From an uncultured Gemmatimonadota bacterium (lineage in GTDB: Bacteria > Gemmatimonadota > Gemmatimonadetes > Gemmatimonadales > GWC2-71-9), in contig CALMOP010000050.1 in NCBI GenBank assembly GCA_937871775.1, positions 1 through 36,455 of the forward strand: 36,455 nt of DNA, in the 5' to 3' direction. Positions 26,613-35,872 of the stretch are shown here, piece by piece. The notes beneath the pieces were generated by a model, which saw only the letters and a list, made by a program, of their open reading frames with translations, did no database searches and had not been told where the DNA came from. The position numbers and the translations under genes are program-made. Position 1 is the first letter of the stretch, and every line of letters begins with the position of its first letter.

Positions 26613-29069
26613 TCACTTCACCACGATGTTGAGCAGCCGGTTGGGGACGTGGATGACCTTCACAATCTCCTTGCCGTCGACAAACTTCGCGATCTGCGGC
26701 TCGGCCAGGGCCAGCTTCCGAGCGGTTTCGGTGTCGGCATCGCGAACCGTCCGGATCTTCCCCCGGGTCTTGCCGTTCACCTGCACCGGCAACTCGACCG
26801 CATCGGAGACGGTCTGACTCTCGTCCCAGGTCGGCCAGCCAGCATCGAACACGCTGCTGGTGTGCCCCAGCCGCTCCCAGCATTCCTCGGCGAAATGGGG
26901 CGCGAAGGGGGAGAGCATGACCACCAGGTCCTGGATCATGGCCCGATCCCGGCAGCCCGCCTCCTTCATATGGTTGACCAGTTCCATCAGGGCGGCGATG
27001 GCGGTGTTGTAGCGGAGCTGATCGAGGTCCTCGGCGCACTTCTTCCGGGTGGCATGCCAGCGCACCACGAGGTCCTGACTCAGTGGACCATCGGCCACGG
27101 CGTCGCCCACCAGGACCCATACCCGGTCGAGGAACCGGCGGGGCCCGTTGATCCCGGCTTCCCGGAAATCGCCCCCTTCCTGCATGGGGCCGAGGAACAT
27201 CAGGTACATGCGGAAGGTGTCGGCTCCCCATTGGGCGATGTAGTCGTCGGGGTTGACCACGTTGCCCTTGGTCTTCGACATCTTGGCCCCGTCCTTGATG
27301 ATCAGCCCATGAGCCCGGAACCGGGTGAACGGTTCCTCGAACTCGAGATGACCCAGATCCTTCAGGACCATGGCCAGGAATCGGGAGTAGAGCAGGTGCA
27401 GCACCGCGTGCTCGTTGCCGCCGATGTAGGTGGTCACCGGGCACCAGGTCCGGGTCCGGGCCGGGTCGAAGGGCCGGTCGTTGAACTCGGAGCTGGGGTA
27501 GCGCAGGTAGTACCACGCCGAGTCGAGGAAGGTGTCCGAGACATCGGTCTCGCGCCGACCCCGCGTGCCGCAGCTGGGGCAGGCCACGTAGTACCACTCC
27601 TCATGCCGGGCCAGGGGGGATACGCCCGAGTCGTCGGGACGGAAGTCCTCGATCGGCGGCAACAGCACGGGCAGGTCCTGTTCCGGAACCGGTACCGGAC
27701 CGCAGGCGTCACAGTAGATGATCGGGATCGGGGGGCCCCAGTAGCGCTGCCGGGAGATGCACCAGTCATGCAGCCGGTACTGGACTACGCCAATTCCCTG
27801 CTTCCGTGAGGTCAGCCACTCCGTGATGGCGCGTTTGCCGGCCTCGGCCTCCATGCCATCGAACCGATCCGAGTTCACCAGCCGGTACCCGTGGGTCTCG
27901 GTCTCCGGTGCCGCGAGCGGGGCGGACGGGGACTGGCCTGCCCCAGCCAGGACCCGGACAATGTCGAGCCCGTACCGCTTCGCGAAGGCGAAGTCGCGTT
28001 CATCGTGGCCCGGCACCGCCATGATGGCGCCGGTCCCGTATTCCATCAGCACATAGTCCGCGATCCAGACCGGGATCGGCCTTCCGGTCGCGGGATTGAT
28101 GGCGTGGGCCCCGAGGAACACCCCGGTCTTGGCCTTGTCGCCCACCTTGCGTGAGACCAGGTCCTGGGCCGCCGCGGCCTGAGCGTAGGCGTCCACCGCG
28201 GCCTTGCGGTCGGGGGCGGTGAGCTGGGGCACCAGCGGATGCTCCGGGGCCAGCACCATGAATGTGGCCCCGAACAGGGTGTCGGGCCGGGTGGTGAACA
28301 CCGAGATGGTCTCGGTGGCCTGTGATAAGGGCGACCCATCGAGTCGCCCCTGCGGGGGCCCCACCTCAAACCGGATCTCCGCACCATCCGACCGGCCCAG
28401 CCAGTTGCGCTGCGCCGTCAGGGTCGTCTCGGACCAGTCGATGTGGTCCAGGTTCCGCAGCAGCCGCTCGGCGTAGTCGGTGATCCGGAAAAACCACTGC
28501 TCCAGGAAGCGCTGCTCCACCACGGCGCCGCAGCGTTCGCAGGCCCCGCCCTCCACCTGCTCGTTGGCGAGGACCGTCTTGCAATTGGGACACCAGTTGA
28601 CGGCCGCCTGCTTCTTATAGGCCTTGCCGGCCCGAAACAGCTGCAGGAACAGCCACTGGGTCCACTTGTAGTAGTCGGGATCCGTGGTGCTGAGCGCGTG
28701 GCGCCAGTCGAACATGCCGCCGATCCGCTCCAGCTGCCGCCGGAAGTTGGCGATGTTCCGGGGGATCAGCTGGGCCGGGTGGGTGCCGACCTTGATCGCG
28801 TAGTTCTCGCTGTGGATGCCAAAGGCATCGAACCCGATCGGCTCGAAGACATCGTGCCCCTGCAATCGCTTGAAGCGGCCGTAGACATCGCTGCCGGTGA
28901 ACGCGAACATGTTCCCCACATGGAGTCCCTCAGCCGAGGGATACGGGAACATCATCAGGTTATAGAAAGGCTTCCGGGGCCGATCCAGATCGGGCTGGTT
29001 GGTGCCTCGCTCCGCCCAGCGGGTCTGCCACTTGGCTTCGACCTGCTGGGGATCGTACGTGGTGGTCAT
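26613..29069 (-). CDS. leuS: Leucine--tRNA ligase
   Basis: 818 aa. KWQTRWAERG, FYNLMMFPYPSAEGLHVGNMF (HIGH region), editing domain, KMSKTKGNVVNP (KMSKS). Confidence 0.97.
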   Translation of the reverse strand: MTTTYDPQQVEAKWQTRWAERGTNQPDLDRPRKPFYNLMMFPYPSAEGLHVGNMFAFTGSDVYGRFKRLQGHDVFEPIGFDAFGIHSENYAIKVGTHPAQLIPRNIANFRRQLERIGGMFDWRHALSTTDPDYYKWTQWLFLQLFRAGKAYKKQAAVNWCPNCKTVLANEQVEGGACERCGAVVEQRFLEQWFFRITDYAERLLRNLDHIDWSETTLTAQRNWLGRSDGAEIRFEVGPPQGRLDGSPLSQATETISVFTTRPDTLFGATFMVLAPEHPLVPQLTAPDRKAAVDAYAQAAAAQDLVSRKVGDKAKTGVFLGAHAINPATGRPIPVWIADYVLMEYGTGAIMAVPGHDERDFAFAKRYGLDIVRVLAGAGQSPSAPLAAPETETHGYRLVNSDRFDGMEAEAGKRAITEWLTSRKQGIGVVQYRLHDWCISRQRYWGPPIPIIYCDACGPVPVPEQDLPVLLPPIEDFRPDDSGVSPLARHEEWYYVACPSCGTRGRRETDVSDTFLDSAWYYLRYPSSEFNDRPFDPARTRTWCPVTTYIGGNEHAVLHLLYSRFLAMVLKDLGHLEFEEPFTRFRAHGLIIKDGAKMSKTKGNVVNPDDYIAQWGADTFRMYLMFLGPMQEGGDFREAGINGPRRFLDRVWVLVGDAVADGPLSQDLVVRWHATRKKCAEDLDQLRYNTAIAALMELVNHMKEAGCRDRAMIQDLVVMLSPFAPHFAEECWERLGHTSSVFDAGWPTWDESQTVSDAVELPVQVNGKTRGKIRTVRDADTETARKLALAEPQIAKFVDGKEIVKVIHVPNRLLNIVVK

Positions 29070-29076
29070 AGGGGCA

Positions 29077-29140
29077 GGAATCTAGGCCCGGGGGTAGGGC
29101 GGGAGCTATAGCTCCCGCCCTACCCTCGGGCCTGGATTCC
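29077..29140. repeat. 64-bp near-perfect palindrome (family 2) in the leuS/MCP divergent intergenic region
   Basis: GGAATCTAGGCCCGGGGGTAGGGCGGGAGCTA|TAGCTCCCGCCCTACCCTCGGGCCTGGATTCC: 30 of 32 arm positions are complementary, centred at 29108/29109. It ends 8 bp from the leuS start codon. Its 14-mer GCTCCCGCCCTACC recurs exactly at 35847-35860. Confidence 0.85.
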
Positions 29141-29202
29141 CCATTGCCCGGGCCCACGCGACCGCTCTAGCTTCCCTGAGCGCATTCTTCCTCCCGGGGC
29201 CC

Positions 29203-30495
29203 ATGGCCAGCAGTCGACGCATCTTTGTCCGCAAACTGTATTTGGGAGCGTTCGTCCTGGTGACGGCGCTGGGCGCCACGCTGGTCGCCCCGCTGTGGTA
29301 CCTCTACGGCCAGGACCAGGGAGACGCAGCCTTCGAGCAGGCACTGCTGATCGGCGTCGTCAGCTTCCTGCTGCTCGGTGGCCTGGTAGCCGTGTCCGCG
29401 ATTGGATGGGCCCGCCGGAACGTGCTTCGGCCCCTGGGGAACACCGTAGGGGTCGCTGACCGGGTGGCCCGGGGTGACCTCTCGGTGGCCGTCACGCCGG
29501 TTGGTTCCGCGCGGGCCGACATCCTGACCTACGCGGTGGGCACGATGTTGCGGGAGTTGCGGAGCCTGGTGAGCGCCATCCGGGGCAGCGCCCAGGAAGC
29601 GGCCTCGATGGCCCAGCAGATCTCGTCCTCCACCGAGCAGATGAGCGCCTCCACTCAGGAGGTGAGCGGGACCTGCAACGAACTGACCGAGCGGGCCACC
29701 CGGCAGGCTGCGTTGGTCCGCTCGGCCGCGGACGATGCGGGGCGGATCCTGGCGATCGCCGAGGCCCTGGCCGCGAGCGCGGGAGAGGCGGCGGCCCGCA
29801 ATGCCGGCCTGGCGCGCCTGGCGCGGGACCATCGGGATGAACTCGACCTGAGCAGCACGGCGCTGCAGCGCCTGGCCGAGGAGATCGAGCGCGGCGCCGA
29901 GGAGGCCGCCGCGCTGGCGGTGGCGTCGGTGGAGATCGAGAGATTCGTCACCCAGACCAAGGCGGTGGCGCGCCAGACCCACATGCTGGCGCTCAACGCC
30001 GGAATCGAGGCCGCGCGGGCCGGTGAAGGGGGGCGTGGCTTCGCGGTGGTCGCCGAGGAGGTTCGCAAGCTGGCGTCCCAGGCGGCCCAGGCGGCCGCGA
30101 CCACCAGCGACACGGTTCGCGTGGTGCAGCAGCGGGTGACCACCGCCCGGGAGCGGCTCATACGGTTGGCGCAGGGGGGGCGGGCCGCCCGCCAGACCGC
30201 CCATAAGGCCTCCGAGGGCCTGGCGCGGGTGGCCGCGGAAGCCAACCAGACCGATGAATGGAGCCGGCAGATCTCGAAGTCGTCGGGCGAGGTCCGGGAG
30301 CTGATCGAGGGCATCGCGGGCCGGATGCGGGAGGTGTCAGGCGGGACCGAGGAGGTCGCGGCCGCGGCTCAGCAGATCGCGGCCAGTGCCCAGGAGCTGT
30401 CGGCGTCGACGGAGCAGGTGGCCGGCTCCGCCCATTCGCTGGCGGATACGGCGCAGGGACTGTTTTCCCAGGTGGGCCGCTTCAAGGTGGAGTGA
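29203..30495 (+). CDS. Methyl-accepting chemotaxis protein (two TM helices, ~11-aa periplasmic loop, HAMP, MCP signalling domain)
   Basis: 430 aa. The TM helices flank [15 protein letters not shown]-like [25 protein letters not shown]. Highly conserved hairpin tip [34 protein letters not shown]. Confidence 0.9.
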   Translation: MASSRRIFVRKLYLGAFVLVTALGATLVAPLWYLYGQDQGDAAFEQALLIGVVSFLLLGGLVAVSAIGWARRNVLRPLGNTVGVADRVARGDLSVAVTPVGSARADILTYAVGTMLRELRSLVSAIRGSAQEAASMAQQISSSTEQMSASTQEVSGTCNELTERATRQAALVRSAADDAGRILAIAEALAASAGEAAARNAGLARLARDHRDELDLSSTALQRLAEEIERGAEEAAALAVASVEIERFVTQTKAVARQTHMLALNAGIEAARAGEGGRGFAVVAEEVRKLASQAAQAAATTSDTVRVVQQRVTTARERLIRLAQGGRAARQTAHKASEGLARVAAEANQTDEWSRQISKSSGEVRELIEGIAGRMREVSGGTEEVAAAAQQIAASAQELSASTEQVAGSAHSLADTAQGLFSQVGRFKVE

Positions 30496-31552
30496 GCAAC
30501 CCCGCGATTGCGGCAAGCAGCGCTTCGAGATGCGCGGGCTCGTGGTCTCCCATGTGACCGATGGTCAGCTGGCTCCCGGTCAGTCCGGCACCCACCAGCC
30601 AGCCGGATGCGTGCAACCGGTCGCGCAGCCCGGATACCTCCGGACCAGCATCGAATTCCAGGACCGTCACGGCGGCTGCCGCCCGCTCGGCCGGCGCGAC
30701 CAGCCGAACCCATCCGCAGCGTATCGCCCACTGCTCCAGCCGCGCCCGGAAGTCCCGATACCGGGCCCCGCGCCGCTCCAGACCCTCCTCCGCTACGATC
30801 CGGGTCAGTTGACGCACCAGCGCCATGGTCAGGGGAGGTGGGCTGGGGAGGAGCTGCTGGCCCCGAGCCAGCGCGTCATGATGGGCCACCAGGTCCAGCC
30901 CTACCCCCCGCAGGGCGTCGGCTCGGGCCCGTTCCAGCCAGCGAGGCGAGAGCAGGGCAAAGCTGTGCCCCGGCATCAGGCCGAGGGGGCCTTCGGAGGC
31001 ACCGCACACGAAGTCGAGACCCCAGGCATCGGACGCGAGCGCCTCGGCGCCCAGACTGTGCCGGGCATCGACGAACAACAGCAGGTCGGGCCGGGTCCGC
31101 ACCACCGCGGCCAGCTCCGCCAGCGGGGCCCGGATCCCGGTGCCCGACTCGACATGCGCCAGCACGACGGTGTCGACGACGGGCGGAGCCAGGAACCGGG
31201 ACAGTTGCCCCGGGTCGAGAGTTCGACCCGGGGCGACCGCGGCCCGGATCACGTCGCGGCCGAGGGCCTCACAGGTCCGGGCCAGTTCCTCGCCATCGGG
31301 GCCGCTGACCAGCACCAGGGCACGCTGCCGAATGGTCCCGTGGAGGGCCATCTCCCGCAACAGGCGGAACGGCGCCGGCAGGGTCAGCACCAGCTGGCGG
31401 GTACCGAATAGCGCCTGCAGGTGAGGCAAGACCGCGGTCAAGGCCTGGTCCGCCAGTTCGGGGCTGGTCCCCGCGGCCTCGACCAGGGCCGCGCGCACAC
31501 TGGGGTGCACTTCGGCGAGCGCCGGGTCGAACCGGTGTCCGAAGTCGGTCAC
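30482..31552 (-). CDS. Class-V aminotransferase-fold (AGT/SPT-like) protein with no lysine residue (predicted non-catalytic or non-canonical)
   Basis: 356 aa. Family landmarks [36 protein letters not shown] (aligns with GIDxxxSGSQKALxxPPG; Glu sits at the Schiff-base Lys position) and TIGHMG. The whole ORF has zero K. The GTG start overlaps the stop of the upstream gene (GTGA). Confidence 0.75.
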   Translation of the reverse strand: MTDFGHRFDPALAEVHPSVRAALVEAAGTSPELADQALTAVLPHLQALFGTRQLVLTLPAPFRLLREMALHGTIRQRALVLVSGPDGEELARTCEALGRDVIRAAVAPGRTLDPGQLSRFLAPPVVDTVVLAHVESGTGIRAPLAELAAVVRTRPDLLLFVDARHSLGAEALASDAWGLDFVCGASEGPLGLMPGHSFALLSPRWLERARADALRGVGLDLVAHHDALARGQQLLPSPPPLTMALVRQLTRIVAEEGLERRGARYRDFRARLEQWAIRCGWVRLVAPAERAAAAVTVLEFDAGPEVSGLRDRLHASGWLVGAGLTGSQLTIGHMGDHEPAHLEALLAAIAGLLTPP

Positions 31553-32187
31553 GGCTCAGGACCGAAACGCTCAGTCTTGAGCGCGGCGAGAGTGCGGCGA
31601 ATGTGGCGGAGACCCCGCTGGTGGGGATACCGATCCAGCAGCCGGCGGATTTCCCGCATGGCATGGCCGGGATCATCGAGGCCGTGCTCGTACACACCGG
31701 CAAGCGCCAGGCCGATCCGGATGTCGGCTGCCGTTCCCAGCCGCTGGCGTTCGCGGAACTCCTCCAGCTCGATCCGGGCCTGGGTGGGCACCCGGAGCGG
31801 GCCCGCCAGCAGGGCAGCCCGCCGGACCATCGCCTCGGGGTCTCCCTGCTCGGCAAGCTGCCGGTACGCCGCCGCCGCCGTGTCGAGCTCGTTGCGGGCC
31901 ACCCTCCCCTCGATGAGCGAGTAGCTGCCCCCCAGCGGAGCCAGCCCGATATTCTGGACCGCCTCGGAGGCAAAGTCGATCAGGGGATCGAGCAGGCCAT
32001 CGAGGACGGCATGGACCAAGCCGTAGATCGACCACAGGGCGCTCACAAACAGCAGGGCTCGAGGCGCAATCCCGCTGAGCCACAAACCCACGGCTAGCGG
32101 TGTTCCCAGTAGCAGCAGGAACCGGGCAAAGTACCGGATCAGATCGAACGGATCCGATTGGGAGTCGGCGGGCGAAGGTGGTGACAT
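31549..32187 (-). CDS. Membrane protein: two N-terminal TM helices plus a helical TPR-like C-terminal domain
   Basis: 212 aa. TM segments FARFLLLLGTPLAVGLWLSGI and ALLFVSALWSIYGLVHAVL. The C-terminal helical repeats include AAAAYRQLAEQGDPEAMVRRA...IGLALAGVYEHGLDDPGHAMREIRRLLDRYP. Translationally coupled to 30482..31552. Confidence 0.65.
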   Translation of the reverse strand: MSPPSPADSQSDPFDLIRYFARFLLLLGTPLAVGLWLSGIAPRALLFVSALWSIYGLVHAVLDGLLDPLIDFASEAVQNIGLAPLGGSYSLIEGRVARNELDTAAAAYRQLAEQGDPEAMVRRAALLAGPLRVPTQARIELEEFRERQRLGTAADIRIGLALAGVYEHGLDDPGHAMREIRRLLDRYPHQRGLRHIRRTLAALKTERFGPEP

Positions 32188-32231
32188 GTCGGAGTGGCGG
32201 AACTTAGGAGTGGCGCCCGCCGGCCGGCAAG

Positions 32232-32261
32232 TTGACAGACGGCTTCAGCCAGGCCTAAATC
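32232..32261 (+). promoter_or_regulatory. Putative sigma-70-type promoter for the asparaginase-family/OMP gene pair
   Basis: TTGACA (32232-32237), an 18-nt spacer, then TAAATC (32256-32261), about 34 nt upstream of the GTG start at 32295. Confidence 0.35.
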
Positions 32262-32294
32262 CTCTACCCCGCCACCCTTGCTCCGGAGTGGTCC

Positions 32295-33338
32295 GTGCCT
32301 GCATCCCTGTCCCGCCGCCATTTCCTCGGCGCCACCGGCGTGGCCCTGGCCGCCGGTGCCGCGACCCCGTTTCGAGTTCGGGCGGCCGCCGCACCCGCCA
32401 TCATCCTGCGGCCGCCCAGCCGTCCCATGGCGGTGGGGTCACGCAACGCGGAGCGGGCCATCCAGCGGGCCATGCAGCTGGTGGCGGGCGGGACCGATAC
32501 GCTGGACGCGGCCGTGGAAGGCGTGAAGATCCAGGAGCTGGACCCCAATGACACCTCGGTCGGCTACGGTGGCCTGCCCAATGAGGAGGGCGTGGTCCAG
32601 CTGGACGCCTCCTGCATGCACGGGCCGACCCGGCGGGCCGGCGCAGTCGGCGCCCTGGAGGGCATCAAGACCCCGAGTGAGGTGGCCAAACTGGTCCTCA
32701 AGTACACCAACCACATCATGCTGGTCGGCGCCGGGGCGAAGCGCTTCGCGCTTTCCTACGGCTTCACGGAGGAAGACCTGCTGACCCCGGAGTCGCGGAC
32801 CCGGTGGCTCCGTTGGCGGGCCAACCGGGGCCACGAGGATGACTGGCTTGACGTGGCGAATGACGACCCCATCCTGCCCCGGCCGACCGGCACCATCAAC
32901 CTCAACCTGATCAACGCCCAGGGCGAGATCTCCTCGGTGACCTCGACCAGCGGGCTGGCCTGGAAGCTCCCCGGTCGGGTGGGTGACAGCGCCATCGTCG
33001 GCGCGGGCCAGTATACCGACAACGAGATCGGCGCCGCCGGCTCCACCGGACGGGGCGAGAGCAACATCATGGTCTCTGGCGGGTTCCTGACTGTGCAGCA
33101 CATGCGCCGCGGCCTCAAGCCGACTGACGCCGCCCTGGAGACCCTGCGCCTGGCCGTGGCGATGTCCGCGGACCGACTGCTGCGCCCCGACGGCCGGCCG
33201 ACGTTCGACCTGACCTTCTATGCGGTGAACAAGAAGGGCGAGGCCGGCGCGGCTTCGCTCTACCCCGCGCACTATGCCACCTTTGACGGGAATGATGCCG
33301 CGGTGAAGGATACCGCGTACCTGTTCCAGCGGGGCTGA
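32295..33338 (+). CDS. Tat-exported asparaginase-2 family Ntn hydrolase (isoaspartyl peptidase / glycosylasparaginase-like)
   Basis: 347 aa with a GTG start and GGAG upstream. Twin-arginine signal SRRHFLGATGVALAAGAA. Family motifs DASCMHG, the autoprocessing site PTGTINLNLI (Thr nucleophile), and GAGQYTDNEIGAAGSTGRGE. Confidence 0.85.
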   Translation: MPASLSRRHFLGATGVALAAGAATPFRVRAAAAPAIILRPPSRPMAVGSRNAERAIQRAMQLVAGGTDTLDAAVEGVKIQELDPNDTSVGYGGLPNEEGVVQLDASCMHGPTRRAGAVGALEGIKTPSEVAKLVLKYTNHIMLVGAGAKRFALSYGFTEEDLLTPESRTRWLRWRANRGHEDDWLDVANDDPILPRPTGTINLNLINAQGEISSVTSTSGLAWKLPGRVGDSAIVGAGQYTDNEIGAAGSTGRGESNIMVSGGFLTVQHMRRGLKPTDAALETLRLAVAMSADRLLRPDGRPTFDLTFYAVNKKGEAGAASLYPAHYATFDGNDAAVKDTAYLFQRG

Positions 33339-33341
33339 ACG

Positions 33342-34514
33342 ATGTCCCACTTCCCCACGCCGGGTCGGGCCCGATGCTGGCGGCGCGGCTGGCCATTGGC
33401 CCTCGCGTTGATCGCGGGCCTCACCGGCCGGGCCGCGGCCCAGGACGAGGCCGTCCCCTGGAAGGACAGCTTCTATCCGTACTTCCCTTCCCTGGGGAAC
33501 AACTTTCCGCTCATCGCGATCCACTTCGAGGAGCGGAAGGCCGCCGACTACTTCGCACGCACCCCCTACGCCGGGCTGATTTCACTGGACCTTGGCACCG
33601 GTTTCACCGGCGCCCGCATGGCGGTGGCCCGGCTGCACACCCCGCTGCTGGTGCCGCACTGGCGCCTGGCGGCGTCGCTGGGGACCACCCGGGAGTCACG
33701 GCTGGGCTACTACGGGCTCGGGAACACGACCGAGTTCAACGAGAACCTGGTCACCGAGTCCCAGCCGCATTACTACGAAGCTCGACGCACTCGCTATTTC
33801 GGAAACCTGGAGCTGTCGCGGCAGCTGGTGGGGCCGCTGTTCCTGAGCGCCGCGGGCGGCATCGAACACAGCAACTTCGGCGATCTCAGTGGTCCGTCGC
33901 TGTTTCGGACCGATTTCGGCACCGCCGACCTGACCGCTGACGACGTGCGGGGCCGGATCGGACTGGTCCTCGACTGGCGCGACAACGAGTTCAATACCGC
34001 CAACGGCATCTTCCTTCAGGCTTCCTACGGCGGCGGGACCGGCGGGGACCATTACTCCCGGACCAGTGCAGACGTGCGGGCCTACCTGTCGCCCAGGGAG
34101 GGCACCGTCCTCGCGGCGCGGGTGCTGGGCTCCTCCATGTCCAGCTCCGCCTCGCTCAGCACCCGGTTCGAGGTTCCCCTGTGGGAAAACGAGACCAGCG
34201 TGCTGGGCGGAACGACCTCCCACCGCGGTCTGGCCTTCCAGCGACTCGCGGGACGGGGCGTCCTGGTAGCCAGCGCCGAGGTCCGGTACGACCTCCTCAA
34301 CCTGGGGGACTTCGGCGCCTTCACGCTGCTGGGTTTCTTCGACGCCGGGCGGGTATTCGAGGAGGAGAGCTTCGAGCTGACCACCCGGGACATGAAGGCC
34401 GGCGGTGGAGGCGGGCTGGCCATCAGGATCATGCGGATGACGATCTGGACCTTCAACTTCGGCACCGGGCCCGACGGGTTCCAGTTCAGCGCCGGAACCG
34501 GCTGGGCATATTAG
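33342..34514 (+). CDS. Outer-membrane beta-barrel protein (Omp85 / surface-antigen-like barrel)
   Basis: 390 aa. Signal peptide WPLALALIAGLTGRAAAQDE. Alternating beta-strand pattern. C-terminus FQFSAGTGWAY ends in an aromatic residue. The ATG lies 3 nt after the upstream stop. Confidence 0.65.
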   Translation: MSHFPTPGRARCWRRGWPLALALIAGLTGRAAAQDEAVPWKDSFYPYFPSLGNNFPLIAIHFEERKAADYFARTPYAGLISLDLGTGFTGARMAVARLHTPLLVPHWRLAASLGTTRESRLGYYGLGNTTEFNENLVTESQPHYYEARRTRYFGNLELSRQLVGPLFLSAAGGIEHSNFGDLSGPSLFRTDFGTADLTADDVRGRIGLVLDWRDNEFNTANGIFLQASYGGGTGGDHYSRTSADVRAYLSPREGTVLAARVLGSSMSSSASLSTRFEVPLWENETSVLGGTTSHRGLAFQRLAGRGVLVASAEVRYDLLNLGDFGAFTLLGFFDAGRVFEEESFELTTRDMKAGGGGGLAIRIMRMTIWTFNFGTGPDGFQFSAGTGWAY

Positions 34515-34535
34515 CCGGGTGGTGATGGTGGTAAG

Positions 34536-34558
34536 GGGGCGACCCGTAGGGTCGCCCC
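34536..34558. terminator. Palindromic terminator (family 1) at the OMP/thioredoxin-like convergent junction
   Basis: GGGGCGACCC-gta-GGGTCGCCCC followed by TAC. The arms are the same as in the element at 12993-13021. A degenerate half copy, GACGACCCGTGGGGCGACCC, follows at about 34589-34608. Confidence 0.7.
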
Positions 34559-34609
34559 TACTGGGCGTACCAGGCGCGGATGGCAGGGACGACCCGTGGG
34601 GCGACCCTG

Positions 34610-35128
34610 CTACCGCGCCGGCGCCCCGCCGATCGCCTCAAGCACCTCGCGGATCGTGGAGGCACCCCGGTCCCGGGCGTACCAGCGCCGGACCTCCCGG
34701 TGGCGCTCCTCATTGGACAGCCGGTCCTTGTTGGCCATGACCCAGGCCTGCAGTTCGCGGGGCCGAGGCCCCCAATGACCGAGCTCGTAAAATCCCTCAT
34801 CCAGCGCGATGACAATCGGAATGGAGCGGGCGACCCCGCTCAGGTAGCGGTCCATCAGGGCCGGGTGCTCGTCGCGCCGCAGAATCCGGAGCGACCAGAA
34901 CGGCTGGGACTCGACCCACTTCGCCAGGATCGGCACCGTGGTGGAGGCGTCGCCACACCAGTCCTCCGCGATCACCAGCAGGTGCGTTGACCCCGGCAGC
35001 TCGACCCGTTGCAGTGGCGGCCGGGCGGTGCGGTAGACCGATTCCCACAGGCCCTGGTGCTGCGGTGCGGTCTCCTGCACGAAGCGGTCGAAGGGCAGGG
35101 CCTGGTCCCACAGCGCAGCGAAATCCAT
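34610..35128 (-). CDS. Thioredoxin-fold family protein (single-Cys WCGD motif)
   Basis: HLLVIAEDWCGDASTTVPILAKW...IPIVIALDEGF is a thioredoxin-like fold with only one Cys in the ORF. ATG at 35128 is preferred (MDFAALWDQ...). The track start at 35143 is a TTG with no SD. Confidence 0.7.
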   Translation of the reverse strand: MDFAALWDQALPFDRFVQETAPQHQGLWESVYRTARPPLQRVELPGSTHLLVIAEDWCGDASTTVPILAKWVESQPFWSLRILRRDEHPALMDRYLSGVARSIPIVIALDEGFYELGHWGPRPRELQAWVMANKDRLSNEERHREVRRWYARDRGASTIREVLEAIGGAPAR

Positions 35129-35211
35129 CCCACCTGCAGGCAAGAGAAGGGCGAAACATAGGCGCGGCCATCGGAGCCTGCCGCGGGCGGTCGGCTTCCG
35201 TAGATTGAATC

Positions 35212-35808
35212 ATGACCGGACCCCCGGCTGGACGGAACGGCGCCGCGACCCGGGAGCGACTGCTCCGGGCCGCCATCGAGCTGTACGCCTCCACCGGCTT
35301 CCTGCAGACCACCACCCCAGCCCTGGCCGCCCGCGCGGGAATCGCCGAAGGAACGATCTACCGTCACTTCTCCAGCAAAGCGCATCTGCTCAATGAGGCC
35401 CATCGGCTGGCCTCGCGGTGGGCCCTCGGGATTCTGAGGCCGCTGGAGCAGGACCGGGTTCGCAAGGCCCCGGAGCGCCTGGGCCTCTTCGCCCGCCAGT
35501 TGATCGACCTGGCCATGGCGGACCCGCCGCTGGTGCGCCTGTGGCTGGACAGTTCAGTCCGGCCGTTCCTCGACGAGCAGAGCCGCGGCCTGGCCCGCGA
35601 GGCCCGAGACGGGGTCACCCGCCTGATGGCGATCGGGAAGTCGGACGGGCAGGTCCGGGCGGGTCCGGCGGAGTTGTGGGCGGACATCTGGTTGGCGGTT
35701 GTGGGCCACATCGCGCAGCGGGTGGCCGTGCGCGAATGGATGCCCGACGGCACCCAGGTCATGCTTGCCCTGGAGGCGGCCTGGGCGGCAGTGCAGCTCC
35801 GGGATTGA
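35212..35808 (+). CDS. TetR/AcrR family transcriptional regulator
   Basis: 198 aa. The N-terminal HTH is TRERLLRAAIELYASTGFLQTTTPALAARAGIAEGTIYRHFSSKAHLL. It is divergent from the thioredoxin-like gene. Confidence 0.9.
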   Translation: MTGPPAGRNGAATRERLLRAAIELYASTGFLQTTTPALAARAGIAEGTIYRHFSSKAHLLNEAHRLASRWALGILRPLEQDRVRKAPERLGLFARQLIDLAMADPPLVRLWLDSSVRPFLDEQSRGLAREARDGVTRLMAIGKSDGQVRAGPAELWADIWLAVVGHIAQRVAVREWMPDGTQVMLALEAAWAAVQLRD

Positions 35809-35816
35809 GGCGGGCG

Positions 35817-35872
35817 GGCGGTAGATGTGGCAGGGCGGGCGCAAAGGCTCCCGCCCTACCGCCCTTACCGCC
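35817..35872. terminator. Imperfect palindrome (family 2-related) at the tetR/kinase convergent junction
   Basis: GGCGGTAGATGTGGCAGGGCGGGCGC-aaag-GCTCCCGCCCTACCGCCCTTACCGCC: about 19 of 26 arm positions pair. The right arm contains the same 14-mer as the 29077-29140 palindrome and overlaps the kinase stop codon (35865-35867). Confidence 0.55.
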
